DNA from: Gammaproteobacteria bacterium | Lineage (GTDB): Bacteria > Pseudomonadota > Gammaproteobacteria > M30B25 | NCBI GenBank assembly: GCA_018402195.1 | Contig: JAGYIW010000006.1 | Span: 1-52,928 of the forward strand | Reading direction: 5' to 3' | Length of the DNA: 52,928 bases | In this document: one piece after another, positions 39,360-50,423 of the stretch | How positions within the stretch are numbered: the stretch's first letter is position 1 | Layout of the letters: each line of letters opens with the position of its first letter | Made by a program: the position numbers and the translations under genes | The notes under the pieces: model-generated | The model's input: only the letters and a program-made list of their open reading frames with translations | The model's database searches: none | What the model was told of the DNA's origin: nothing

Positions 39360-41521
39360 TGGCAAGTGGGCGTAGTATCATTTTTCTCATCTTAGTCTTT
39401 TTAAAGCCCATTGTTAGCTGTTATACTCAGTTAGAGCTCATGAGACTCAACATGCTGCTCTTACAATTATAAAACAAATATTTCAGCAGTATTAACTTAG
39501 TGTGAAGTTATATGAACAAGCTCTGGTATCACGCACACTGCTCCCACGTGTTCAGCCGCTGGGCCACTGATATTGACAACTCGACGGGTCATAAGCTGCG
39601 ACGTACGGTCCTTATAAACTCCGATCACTGTACGTGGTCATCGATGAAGCGTCGCGGCATCCATACTGCGGTCATCCCCCAGTCCGATAAAACCATCAGC
39701 GCGCACCACGAAAGTCAACGCTGGACTGCCTCACTGGCTTCTAAAAGCCTCCTCCGGTGGCGGCTTGCACTCCACCAGTCTCCCTCATCTCCCTTTGATT
39801 TTGCCGCGGAAGGGGGCTTCACGCTTGAAAATTTGTTACTGGTTAGCCGACTGTCAGGATGACAATACTCCTGCCGCTACGTGCGCTACAACCTTCTCGG
39901 CGTAGCTCTGCCTCTATACATGGATCCATAATCGAGCCAGCTCTTCCAGTGTTGCATCGTACAAAGCATCAAATCGGTCTGAGGCGAGGTCTGATGACCT
40001 TATCGTGGCTCAAAGGAAAAGTGCGCTCCATGGCGCGAGTCACACTTGTCCAGGCTTTCCCTGGGCTTGGCGTGTATCGCTGCTGATTCGGGTTCTCTCC
40101 CTTGTCCAAATAAAACCCATATCATCTCCCACATGTGCCAATCCACTGCCCATACTTTATATTAAAGCCTGTGATGCCCAACGCCAAACTCTCTGCTGCA
40201 TGGTCTTACAGTCCCTTTTGCCTGAAACTAACTTAGGCTCACGCTGCAACATCGCTTTCGGCTTTCCCATCCTCCATATACATGCTGGACAAGGTGGTCA
40301 CGGACTACAGTCTGCGCAGGAGCTGGAGTGTCGGTTCAGAGAATCTTACCGGGTAAATAAACTAAAAACCGTTAACTGGTCTGTAACTCTCCCACATTTA
40401 TCTCTGATCCATCAACTTCGATCTCTTTATGACAGGATGATCCATACTCTCTACCTTTTATCGCCTTTGCAATGTGTGCCACTTCTGCTTCGTCCGTCAA
40501 ACCTTTACTCTTACTCACCGTGACAATGATTCACGAGCTTGGTCCTGCTGCAGCGCCTCTGCCTGGAGTGCTTTTATACGCGATGCCATGGCTTCTGGCT
40601 CCTCACGCTTGCCTGCTCGCTCTCTATTCATTGTGCCTTAGCGCTATCTTGTCTGACGACTTTCCTTCCGCTTCTGGTGCTTCGATTTTGTTTGCCATCT
40701 CCGCCACTTCTTTCCAACGATTCTGATCACTCAGCTCTTCAGTGATTCATGAATTCTTACCTCAGTGCTTGTTTCTTCTCTCTTCCCTCATGTAACCTCT
40801 CCTTCAGCTCCAGCAACTTTGTGCCTGCCCAGAAATTGCTTGTGCGCTATCAACCTTTTGTGCCTGATGGTTTGGAAGCTGTCTCTCCTCACGTAATGTT
40901 GTTGGCTACCTCACAGCTCTATCTCTTGAAAGAAAGACTCCTGTAAAGGCAGTTCAAAGACTGTTCAGTCCATATTTGCCTCTCCTGCCCCTTGACAACC
41001 TACCACATTAGATAATGCTGTTGTCAGGTCACCCCTTGCTGCCTTTGACTGACTCTCAAAATCCTTAACCGCAGCTACATCGACCATTATTAAGTCTGTT
41101 CTCTTTTGCTCTCGATCACGTAACCTCGGTAACTTCTCCTTAAAACTTTCGATCAATTTCCTTAGTGTAATGTTTGCTCTTAGATCTATCTCTTGCAATC
41201 TAGCTCCTGTCAGGGGACTTGTCCTATTTCTCCCTGATAACCAGTCTTCTATTGCTGAACGCTCATACGAATGACCATCTGATGCTATCACTGGATCTTC
41301 CAGCATCGCTTCCCGTGATGGGACAATGGAGTACTCTTCTCTCAGATGTTCTAATACTTCCTGCTACCAATTCTTCACAGTAACCACTTGCTAAATTTGA
41401 TGTATCCACTTTTCTTCTCCCTTGTTTTTACTTTAGTTAAACCCCACTTTACTCATAAATTAAACTTAACATATCCACAAACTTTTGTGCAACTTGTTTG
41501 ACAACAATTCCAGCAATTCTC
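39360..41521 (-). mobile_element. Cassette copy 3 (U-box effector; RT body deleted)
   Basis: Homologous to 1574-3260 and 4480-4577 in reverse orientation; IS-end remnant CAGCAATTCTC at 41511. Confidence 0.75.
39560..41409 (-). pseudogene. Effector-like gene copy 3: U-box E3 ligase domain + coiled coil + shared C-terminal domain, heavily frameshifted
   Basis: ORF 40965-41306 MLEDPVIASDGHSYERSAIEDWL..TSPLTG..LRANITLRKLI is a U-box; downstream DNA aligns with copies 1 and 2. End is approximate. Confidence 0.75.
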
Positions 41522-41587
41522 TGCAAATCGTGACTTTCCTGGCAAATTAAGATAGAGTAGAATTTTGTCTGAAAGTTAAGGGCTTTC

Positions 41588-42598
41588 ATGAAAACAATTG
41601 ATGTTGCAGTGCTAGGTGCCACCGGTGCCGTTGGCGAAACCATGCTAGACATTCTGGCTGAGCGGCAGTTTCCCGTCGGCAAAGTCTATGCACTGGCCAG
41701 TTCTCGTTCTGCAGGAGAAAAAGTAGACTTTGGTGAACAAACCCTAATCGTTGAAGACGTGGCAACATTTGACTTTGGCAAAGTGCAGCTAGCGCTGTTT
41801 TCAGCCGGCGGTGAAGCCTCTGCCACTTATGCTCCCAAAGCAGCAGATGCTGGCTGTATTGTCATCGACAATTCATCATGCTTTCGCTACGACGACGATG
41901 TGCCTTTGGTAGTGCCTGAGGTCAATTCAGAGGTCATCGCCAAGCTGCCTGGACGAGGCATCATTGCCAATCCCAATTGCTCAACCATCCAAATGCTGGT
42001 GGCACTGAAGCCATTACACGATATTTCTCCCATCAAACGCATCAATGTTGCCACCTACCAGTCAGTATCCGGTAGCGGCAAATCAGGTATTAATGAATTG
42101 GCCACCCAAGCGGCAAAAATGCTTAATGGTCAAGCCATTGAAGTAGAGACCTACCCCAAACAAATCGCCTTTAACGTATTGCCTCACATCGATACTTTTC
42201 AAAACAATGGTTATACGCGTGAAGAAATGAAAATGGTATGGGAAACACAAAAAATATTTGGTAATGCCAACATTACCGTCAACCCAACCGCTGTGCGCGT
42301 ACCAGTATTCTATGGACATGCTGAAGCAGTACACATTGAAACCACCGACAAAATCAGTCTTGCACAAGCAAAAAAAGCCTTACAGGAGGCGCCAGGCGTT
42401 ATCTTAATGCTTGACCAAGACTACCCCTCACCAATGACTGAGGCTGTGCATCAAGATGCTGTGTTCGTCGGGCGCCTACGTGAAGATATCTCACACCCAC
42501 GAGGACTAAACCTTTGGGTAGTGGCCGATAATATACGCAAGGGCGCTGCACTGAATGCAGTACAAATAGCAGAGTTGTGTTTGGGACAGCTTATTTAA
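41588..42598 (+). CDS. asd: Aspartate-semialdehyde dehydrogenase
   Basis: GATGAVG, IIANPNCSTIQ, TYQSVSG, DNIRKGAALNAVQIAE. Confidence 0.97.
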   Translation: MKTIDVAVLGATGAVGETMLDILAERQFPVGKVYALASSRSAGEKVDFGEQTLIVEDVATFDFGKVQLALFSAGGEASATYAPKAADAGCIVIDNSSCFRYDDDVPLVVPEVNSEVIAKLPGRGIIANPNCSTIQMLVALKPLHDISPIKRINVATYQSVSGSGKSGINELATQAAKMLNGQAIEVETYPKQIAFNVLPHIDTFQNNGYTREEMKMVWETQKIFGNANITVNPTAVRVPVFYGHAEAVHIETTDKISLAQAKKALQEAPGVILMLDQDYPSPMTEAVHQDAVFVGRLREDISHPRGLNLWVVADNIRKGAALNAVQIAELCLGQLI

Positions 42599-43392
42599 TC
42601 TGATTTTGTATGTGTAAAATTAGCACCTGAATCATCATCGGAATCGATACAATCATGGAAATCGTTATCTCCAAACAAAGATTGCGCAGATTGAAATGAA
42701 GCCACAGAAGTTAAACTATCTGTACTCTCACCATAACGCTGGCTTGTAGCAGATAGGTTAGACCCATATTCATTAGAGTTCACTTTTTCTGTGTCTGCCA
42801 GAAAAAGCAAAGATGCGATGCTGCCACCAATCATCTGAGTTTCTTGAACTTGTTTTGAAGCTGGGCTACTACCCACTGGATACACACCACCTTCTGCATT
42901 AGGATTAAAGGGCCTCATAGAAACTCCAACATCATCCTCATGCAGAGATTCGCCAACCCTAGTCTTAGACAATGCTTGGTTCATTTGAGCATGGGTAGTT
43001 GATGGCACAATCTTTGCCCCACCCATGCCAAAAAACAGCTTGAAATACCCGTGAATAAAACCCACCTTGCCCACTGTAAGCAAACCAAAGACTGTGCTTA
43101 GAATGATGCCAGGCACAAACAAAACACCCCCAATCGCAGCACGGAAAAACGGCATGGCTCTGCCAGAATCTGCACCGATGAACAAACGCCTATATGTGCC
43201 TTTAACAACAGAAAACCGAAATAAAGAAAAAAAATCCAGCAAAAAAGCTAGAAAAAAAACAGGCACGAAGCCAAGACCACCCAGAAATGCCCTAGTATAG
43301 ACAAAACGAGGCTTATCACCATCCAGAGCACCCAGAACAGTTATACCACTTTGCTTAGGCAAGCCAAAAAGGTTTTTATTTTCATAAACCAT
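42595..43392 (-). CDS. Hypothetical membrane protein with S/D-rich tail
   Basis: Two similar hydrophobic G/F-rich segments, then a polar tail. Confidence 0.6.
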   Translation of the reverse strand: MVYENKNLFGLPKQSGITVLGALDGDKPRFVYTRAFLGGLGFVPVFFLAFLLDFFSLFRFSVVKGTYRRLFIGADSGRAMPFFRAAIGGVLFVPGIILSTVFGLLTVGKVGFIHGYFKLFFGMGGAKIVPSTTHAQMNQALSKTRVGESLHEDDVGVSMRPFNPNAEGGVYPVGSSPASKQVQETQMIGGSIASLLFLADTEKVNSNEYGSNLSATSQRYGESTDSLTSVASFQSAQSLFGDNDFHDCIDSDDDSGANFTHTKSD

Positions 43393-43593
43393 GCAAAAAT
43401 AAACCCCATCACTGTCAAGAATTATTGCAACTTATTATATAATAATATATTTTCAAAAATTAGAAAAAAAATCAAACAAAGAACTTAACATAAATTAAAA
43501 AACCATGAATCATGCCCAATAAACGCATGTGCGAAGCCACAATCATCCCCTGCCCAACCAGCAAACCAAGTAAAAACACCAGCCATGACCAAA

Positions 43594-44193
43594 TCATAAC
43601 ACCAATACCTGCCGCCAAAGCGTCCCACGCTTACTGTCAAGCTGTACCACCATCGTCTGGCAAAAATGTACCCCATCCTCATCAATGGACATTTTCCATT
43701 GATTCTGTGGATCTTGACATGCCAGCAGATGCAGCTTATCTATATGCTTAACCAGCAATTGTCTGGGATGATCACCTTGCTGGGTGTAAAGCCCCCAATC
43801 TGCCCCACCTACACCCTGGTATGGCGCCACAAACAACCAAGCCGAAACCAAACTTTCGCCCTCACAAGTCCATACATGCAATACATCTCTCTCCCCATCA
43901 CCCAACCACACGCCTGCATCATAAACTTCCTCAGGTGTAAGCCATTGCATTATCACCTTGCAACCACAACCGGGTGCGCAGACTTGGTGAACTGATTGTA
44001 ACCAGCCCGATACATTAGCGGCAGCATGCACAGATTGACGCAAACGCAACCACGCTTGCTCATGCTGATACCACTGCTGCACAAACAACGCCAAAGCCTT
44101 TGATAACACCATTGTCAACAGAGCAAACAAACCCATAGCAAGTACACATTCAAGCAGAGCAAAGCCCTTAGACGAGGAGCGTGTAATAGCCAT
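43594..44193 (-). CDS. Prepilin-type N-terminal cleavage protein (PilW/PulJ-like)
   Basis: SKG|FALLECVLAM leader followed by a hydrophobic helix. Confidence 0.65.
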   Translation of the reverse strand: MAITRSSSKGFALLECVLAMGLFALLTMVLSKALALFVQQWYQHEQAWLRLRQSVHAAANVSGWLQSVHQVCAPGCGCKVIMQWLTPEEVYDAGVWLGDGERDVLHVWTCEGESLVSAWLFVAPYQGVGGADWGLYTQQGDHPRQLLVKHIDKLHLLACQDPQNQWKMSIDEDGVHFCQTMVVQLDSKRGTLWRQVLVL

Positions 44194-44509
44194 CTTTGCC
44201 CTTATAAGACCAGCTCACCAAACAACTAGTACCCGATAAACCAATCGACCAATCGCCTAGACTCTTTGGATGCCTTAGGTATGTAGGACAATAAAGCTGG
44301 AGCCTTTGCTTCCCCAAAGACTTGGCATATCGGCAACAATTCCTTACTGTCAAACCATGAATAATCTCCTGGTCGGCTTTGTTCAACAGCTGCTGATCAA
44401 ACACCAGCGATTGCCCCATGATGACCAACACTAGCCATAACATGGTCATTGCCACTAACACTTCTATCAACATCACATTCTCCCTCATTGACTTGAATAG
44501 AACCCACAT
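44168..44509 (-). CDS. Minor pilin-like protein (PilV-like, degenerate leader)
   Basis: MLIEVLVAMTML; overlaps the next pilin-like gene. Confidence 0.5.
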   Translation of the reverse strand: MWVLFKSMRENVMLIEVLVAMTMLWLVLVIMGQSLVFDQQLLNKADQEIIHGLTVRNCCRYAKSLGKQRLQLYCPTYLRHPKSLGDWSIGLSGTSCLVSWSYKGKDGYYTLLV

Positions 44510-44752
44510 AAGGGCCTTCAGCCCTTTGCGAAGCTAGGTGTTTTGCTCTAGGCTTTAAATGAGAGAGTTTAGCAAAGAAAACAAAGTGAAAATAACCGCT
44601 ACAAACACGAGGAAAATCTTCTAGGGAAGTCATAAATGATCTTAGCGTCCTCGGTAAAGATACCAGCAGGACGCTCGCCGAGTAGCCATACACTGATGAC
44701 ACACGAGCATCCTGCGCTATACACTCTTAGAACCACCAAAAGGTGGCTAGGA

Positions 44753-46688
44753 CTAAAGGAGTTTTACCAACATGGCGTTCATCCGCTTCACAAACGACCC
44801 AGGATCTTTAAGTTTCCCGCCCTCAGCCAGCAAAGCTTGCTCAAATAAAATATGCGACCACTCGTTGAATTGAGCATCATCTTGCTCTTGTTTTAAACGT
44901 ACAATCAAAGCATGCTTAGGGTTGAGCTCTAGTACAGGCTGAGACTCGGGAATATCCTGGCCCATTTCCTTCATGATGCGCTGCAAGTGCCCACTCATAT
45001 CTTGCTCATCCGCAACCAAACACACAGGAGAATCTGTTAATCGATGCGACACACGAATCTCTTTCACCCTATCTTTGAGGACTTCTTGCATTTGCTTGAT
45101 CATGCCTTCAAGCTCAGATGCAGCTTCCTCCTTAGCTTTTTTGGCTTCTTCATTGTCATCTTCACCCAAATCGACATCGCCTTTGGTAATAGATTGTAGA
45201 GTTTTGCCTTCAAACTCATTGAAATGCGCCACCAGCCACTCGTCAATGCGATCGTGCAACAACAATACTTCCATGCCTTTTTCTTGAAAAATCTCCAAAT
45301 GTGGGCTGTTCTTAGCCGCCAAATAACTATCAGCAACCACGTAATAGATTTTGTCTTGTTTCTCAGACATACGTGACACATAGTCAGCAAATGACACCGA
45401 CTGCTTACCAGAACCATCGTGGGTAGAAGCAAAACGCATCAAGTTAGCAATTTTGTCACGATTAGCGTAGTCCTCAGCAATACCTTCTTTCAGCACTTGA
45501 CCAAATTCCAACCAGAATTCTGCATATTTATCCTGCTCTTTTTTTGCCAATGATGCCAACATATCCAACACGCGCTTGATACAGCTGGCACGCATGCTGC
45601 TAATTACTTTATTATTTTGCAGAATTTCCCGAGAAACATTCAAAGGCAAGTCGTTGGAATCAACGATCCCTTTGACAAAACGCAAATACATGGGCAATAG
45701 CTGCTCAGCTTCATCCATGACAAATACTCGTTTGACATAGAGCTTCAAACCACGTACCACATCGCGATTCCATAAATCAAAGCCTGCTTTCTGTGGCAAA
45801 TACAACAAAGTCGTGTATTCAAACTTACCTTCGACCTTATTGTGCGCCCAACTCAAGGCATCAAGCGGATCATGGGAAATATGCTTATACAAAGACTGAT
45901 AATCGTCATCAGAAATCTGATCACGTGGCATGATCCAAAGCGCAGTGGCTTTGTTGACCATTTCATCAGTTGAGACATCCTGCAGGTCTTCTTTCTCACC
46001 TTCAGCATCATTTTCTTCGGATTCAGGTTCTTCAGATTGCTTAGGCATCATAATGGGAAAAACAATATGATCAGAGTATTTGGTAATAAGATGACGCAAA
46101 CGCCAATCATCCAAAAACTCATCCTCACCTTCTTTCAAATACAAAGTTACCTGGGTGCCTCTCTCTGGCATGGTGATGGTTTCCACGGTGTATTCACCTT
46201 CTCCTGCCGAAGTCCAGCTCACGCCCTCTTCTGCAGGTAAATCAAAACGGCGGCTATTCACAACTACTTTACGGGCAACCACAAAACTGGCATAAAAGCC
46301 CACGCCAAATTGACCAATCAAGGCAGAATCTTTGGCTGCATCTCCAGTCATTGCCTTGAGAAAATCTCCCGTACCCGACTCCCAGCAATGGTGCCCAAAT
46401 GCCTCATCGCTTCTCGTCTTGACTCATGCCAACATTTCATTGTCTTTGACTGTAATGGTTCTTGGCCTTTTTATCAAAAGCAACATGGATGTTGAGCAGA
46501 CTATCATCTTTGAGCAAACTATCATTAGACAATGCCTCAAAACGCATTTTTTCTAATGCATCCGAACTGTTAGAAATCAGCTCACGAAGAAAAACTTCCT
46601 TATTACTATATAAGGAATGTGTCACCAAATGCAGTAACTGTTTTACTTCAGTCTGAAAAGCATGCGTCTTGAGTTTCACTTGTGCCAT
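44753..46688 (-). CDS. htpG: Chaperone HtpG (Hsp90), split by indels at ~46350-46465 (probable assembly error or recent pseudogene)
   Basis: [23 protein letters not shown] (46437-46688) plus IGQFGVGFY...[12 protein letters not shown] (44753-46351). Confidence 0.9.
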
Positions 46689-46877
46689 GTTGTATTACTC
46701 CTAAAATTGGTTACTACTCTAATCTGGGGGCTAACTCAAAATTTTTCAAGTAAAATACGGAAAAAACTACCCAACAGGCATAAATCCAATGCTTACAACA
46801 AGGCAAGCTTATAATCTTTGACTCCACACAGCACTGCGAAGTAGAATCCTTTAACAGGCCTAAAAAAAGGAATTATC

Positions 46878-47450
46878 ATGCAAAAAAATACCCGCGATAG
46901 CTACTCGTTTACCAGCAAGTTTTTTCACTGGACCATGTCAGTCATTATCTTAACCTTGCTGGCCGTTGGCTTATCCATGACCCGCATGGACGATAGTGAT
47001 CTAAAATGGCAGATTTACGCCATACACAAGTCCTTTGGCCTGATTATTCTCTTGCTACTCCCAATGCGCCTGACTTGGCGATTAATGAATAGCAGGCCCC
47101 ACCTTGACATGGTTGCTCCTTGGGAAAAACAAACAGCTATCACAGTGCATTGGCTGCTTTATTTAGCCATGTTTCTTATGCCCATGAGTGGCTGGATCAT
47201 GTCCACAGCATCCAACCACACCCCGCTGTTTTTTGGGCTTTTTGAAATCGCCGCGCCAGTTGCCGTTAATCAAGCTACCGCCAGCGTGGCCTACAACACC
47301 CATATCACGATTGCTTGGGTTCTAATGGCTTTATTAGGCTTGCATTTAAGCGGCGCCCTCAAAGGGCATTTCATCAAAAAAAACAACATACTAAAACGCA
47401 TGCTACCTGGACGCAGCAAAGGCCATCAAGACTCTTCTTCAGAGTTTTAA
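46878..47450 (+). CDS. Cytochrome b561 (CybB/YceJ family)
   Basis: FHWTM, HKSFG, VHWLLY, H..LH heme ligands; ILKRM tail. Confidence 0.9.
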   Translation: MQKNTRDSYSFTSKFFHWTMSVIILTLLAVGLSMTRMDDSDLKWQIYAIHKSFGLIILLLLPMRLTWRLMNSRPHLDMVAPWEKQTAITVHWLLYLAMFLMPMSGWIMSTASNHTPLFFGLFEIAAPVAVNQATASVAYNTHITIAWVLMALLGLHLSGALKGHFIKKNNILKRMLPGRSKGHQDSSSEF

Positions 47451-48649
47451 CAAGGCAACTCAGCAAAAGGACCATCAAATCCCTGCTCAGTGAGATGATG
47501 ATGCAGCTTCTTCAAGGCCGTCATCTGCACTTGGCGCACGCGCTCACGCGTCAAACCAAGTTTGGCACCTACCTCATCCAAAGTCATCACACCAATTGCT
47601 TCATCAAGGCCATAACGTAAAGTCAGCACTTTCTTTTCTAGTTTATCCAGACAACACAACCATCCATGCATATGGGCTTTTAAATCTTCTTGTTCTGTGA
47701 TTTCACTAGGGTCACTGACTTCTTCAGGATCAACTAAGTTGTCAGCAACAGTCTCGCTTGAATCGTCTGACATAGGCACATCAATAGAAGATTCTCGTAT
47801 CTTAAGCTCCATCACCCTACGCACTGATTCGACAGGACGGCCTAAAAAATCAGAAATTTCTTCATAAGTTGGATCATGATCCAGCTGCTGGGCCAAAGTG
47901 TTGGCAGCACGGCTGTAAACATTCATTTCTTTGCGCAAGTGTACCGGCATACGCACATTAGTAGAATGACACATTATGGCCCTTTCAATATTCTGACGAA
48001 TCCACCAAGTGGCATAAGTAGAAAACCGAAAACCTTTTTCTGGCTCAAATTTATCCACTGCGTGCATCAGACCAAGATTGCCTTCCTCAATCAAATCCAT
48101 AAACCCCACACCTCGGTTCATATACCCCTTGGCAATTTTAATCACCAAACGTAGATTACTTTCAATCATAATCTGCTTGGCCTCTTCATTGCCCTGTTTG
48201 ATCAACACAGCAATCTTATACTCTTGCTCACGCGTAAGAAGAGTCTTGTGACTAACATCTTGTAAATACATCTGAGTTGGATCTGAGCTTACAGTATCTT
48301 TGGTGGTCCTGACACTTTCCAAATATTGAATGGTGTTATTGACTTGATTTACTACCTTATGACGTACACCTCCGCGCTCAGCCTTACCCACAATATAGCG
48401 GTGCAAGCGCTTTAATTGCCAAGACCTAGTACGACTCAAAGAAGGCTGCAAACAAGGCGGACTTTTGGCATATCCTAACAAAGTACGTCTGGCAGCACGT
48501 GTGCGATGCACACGAGTAACGACATTGGCAACTCGAGATACTTTTAGTTCAGTAGTATGCTTGTGAAAAGCACGAGACGACGGAAGCACATTAGCCGTTC
48601 GCAGCATCAGCTTGAATGGCTTACCTCGCTTATCAACCAGCTTCTCCAT
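47447..48649 (-). CDS. rpoS: RNA polymerase sigma factor RpoS-like with basic N-terminal extension
   Basis: MIESNLRLVIKIA, DLIEEGNLGL, GFRFSTYATWWIRQNIERAIM, TRERVRQVQ; downstream of surE. Confidence 0.85.
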   Translation of the reverse strand: MEKLVDKRGKPFKLMLRTANVLPSSRAFHKHTTELKVSRVANVVTRVHRTRAARRTLLGYAKSPPCLQPSLSRTRSWQLKRLHRYIVGKAERGGVRHKVVNQVNNTIQYLESVRTTKDTVSSDPTQMYLQDVSHKTLLTREQEYKIAVLIKQGNEEAKQIMIESNLRLVIKIAKGYMNRGVGFMDLIEEGNLGLMHAVDKFEPEKGFRFSTYATWWIRQNIERAIMCHSTNVRMPVHLRKEMNVYSRAANTLAQQLDHDPTYEEISDFLGRPVESVRRVMELKIRESSIDVPMSDDSSETVADNLVDPEEVSDPSEITEQEDLKAHMHGWLCCLDKLEKKVLTLRYGLDEAIGVMTLDEVGAKLGLTRERVRQVQMTALKKLHHHLTEQGFDGPFAELPC

Positions 48650-49008
48650 AGAACACCTCCCTGTATATCATGGCTAAATACGAAGAACCCGCATCGACGG
48701 CACGCGCTTGCCATGGTGACGTACTTCAAAACAAAGTGCAGGCTTCCTAGCCGCACCCTCTCATACTCACATGATAGCAATTTTTTGTCTCTATTGTACA
48801 CGCTATGAACTAACAATTTTTTATTGTAAGCATACATAGAGATATTTAATAATAATCAACTGACTAAAAAAGCACCCGCCCTTGCCTGCGTAGCCCACTT
48901 TACCTGATCTACTGGTAAGCATGACTCACACAGAACTAGCCAAAAATAGCCATACCATGAGCCTTGTGAGAGCCTTCACTGATATGTTGCTGACACAGTT
49001 TCTTCCTA

Positions 49009-49755
49009 TTAGACCACCAAATCTCCCAACCAGGCATTCAGTGATGGCATCAAATCCTTCTGAGTGATATCAATGCGCAAAGGTGTAATTGACACCCGCT
49101 TTGCAGCCAAAGCACTGAAATCAGTGCCTTCACCTGCATCCTGTTCAAGCCCAGGCAAACCAATCCAAAAACGCTTATTACCTCTAGGATCCGTTATTTT
49201 CACGGTAGGCTCAGCAATATGTCGAGTCCCCAGACGTGTCACTTCAAATCCTTGCAAATCAGCGTAAGGAACGTTAGGAATATTGACGTTAAGAATAGTT
49301 TTTTCAGGCAAAGGATGCTCAATGACCTTTTTCACCAAGGCCACGGCGACTTTGGCTGCCGTATCGAAGTGATCAGTACCATCCAAAGACAAAGCAATAG
49401 CTGGCAAACCAAGAAAACGTCCCTCCATAGCTGCAGCCACGGTGCCAGAATACCAGACATCATCACCCAAATTACTGCCATCATTAATTCCAGACACAAC
49501 CATATCTGGCAGTTCATCCAACAACCCCGTCAAAGCCAAATGTACACAGTCGGTAGGCGTGCCTTCAACACTGACAAAACCATTGTGTAAAGTTTTAACC
49601 CGCAACGGCGCTGATAAGGTGAGGGAATTAGACGCACCACTACGGTTCCGGTCAGGGGCAAAAACAACTGTTTCTGCAATAGATTCAAGGGCATTATTCA
49701 ATGCGGCAATACCCGGTGCATAAACACCGTCATCATTACTCAATAATAATTTCAA
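49009..49755 (-). CDS. surE: 5'/3'-nucleotidase SurE
   Basis: LLSNDDG, SGASNSLT, GTPTDCV, YSGTVAAAMEG. Confidence 0.97.
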   Translation of the reverse strand: MKLLLSNDDGVYAPGIAALNNALESIAETVVFAPDRNRSGASNSLTLSAPLRVKTLHNGFVSVEGTPTDCVHLALTGLLDELPDMVVSGINDGSNLGDDVWYSGTVAAAMEGRFLGLPAIALSLDGTDHFDTAAKVAVALVKKVIEHPLPEKTILNVNIPNVPYADLQGFEVTRLGTRHIAEPTVKITDPRGNKRFWIGLPGLEQDAGEGTDFSALAAKRVSITPLRIDITQKDLMPSLNAWLGDLVV

Positions 49756-49767
49756 TGGAAGCTCCTA

Positions 49768-50256
49768 TTATTCATCCCAAATGAGTTGTTTTACTTCTCG
49801 CAGCACCAAATCAACATGTTCAACGGATCTGGGCAACACCAAAATCGTGTCATCCCCAGCAATAGTACCCATAATGGCATCTTCATTTTCGCAATAATCC
49901 AACAACCTAGCCACAACCGAAGCAGCGCCCGGGCTGGTATGAATTAATACCATATGCTCATTTTTGTTAACGCGCAAAATCAAGCTACCCAAAGTAGCCT
50001 TTTTGGTAGGCGGTGCCGGCTCCTTTGGGAGACGGTAAACAATATCACCATGTTGATTATAGCCTTTGACGGCGCCGATCGTTTGCCGAAGCATACGAGA
50101 AATTTTTGATTGATTGACATCCTCATGGCCTTTTTCGACCAGTTTCTGACAAACCTCCTCTTGAGTACCTACAATGCCCTCAGTGAGAAGGTCTTTTAAA
50201 TCTTCAACCAGTGTCTTACCTGTAACAGCACTGACTTTTTTCTTTGTTCTTGGCAT
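49768..50256 (-). CDS. argR: Arginine repressor
   Basis: TQEE, NQSKISRML, TSPGAA, GTIAGDDTI. Confidence 0.93.
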   Translation of the reverse strand: MPRTKKKVSAVTGKTLVEDLKDLLTEGIVGTQEEVCQKLVEKGHEDVNQSKISRMLRQTIGAVKGYNQHGDIVYRLPKEPAPPTKKATLGSLILRVNKNEHMVLIHTSPGAASVVARLLDYCENEDAIMGTIAGDDTILVLPRSVEHVDLVLREVKQLIWDE

Positions 50257-50423
50257 ATATTTTCCCTTTTTTTACCAATTTATTCGGGCTAAAATACACC
50301 TAGACCTAATCTGACTCTATCACCAACATATTGGGATAACAACATTAATTTGCAAAATTTAACCCTGGCTGCTAGCCTACCTCGATAATCGGGGTACACC
50401 ACAAGCCAAAAGGGGAAAACGCT

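Noticed and set aside
39512-40946. Series of + strand ORFs, and similar ones at 2638-3084 and 27353-27685
   Set aside because: Antisense to the effector-like genes; their mutual similarity only reflects the DNA repeat.
36402-42598. Element-driven inversion of fimV/asd relative to truA-accD
   Set aside because: Orientation differs from the Pseudomonas-type order, but without close relatives no breakpoint can be supported.
43485-43685. PilX-like third minor pilin
   Set aside because: Short, overlapping and without a convincing motif; possibly a degraded remnant.
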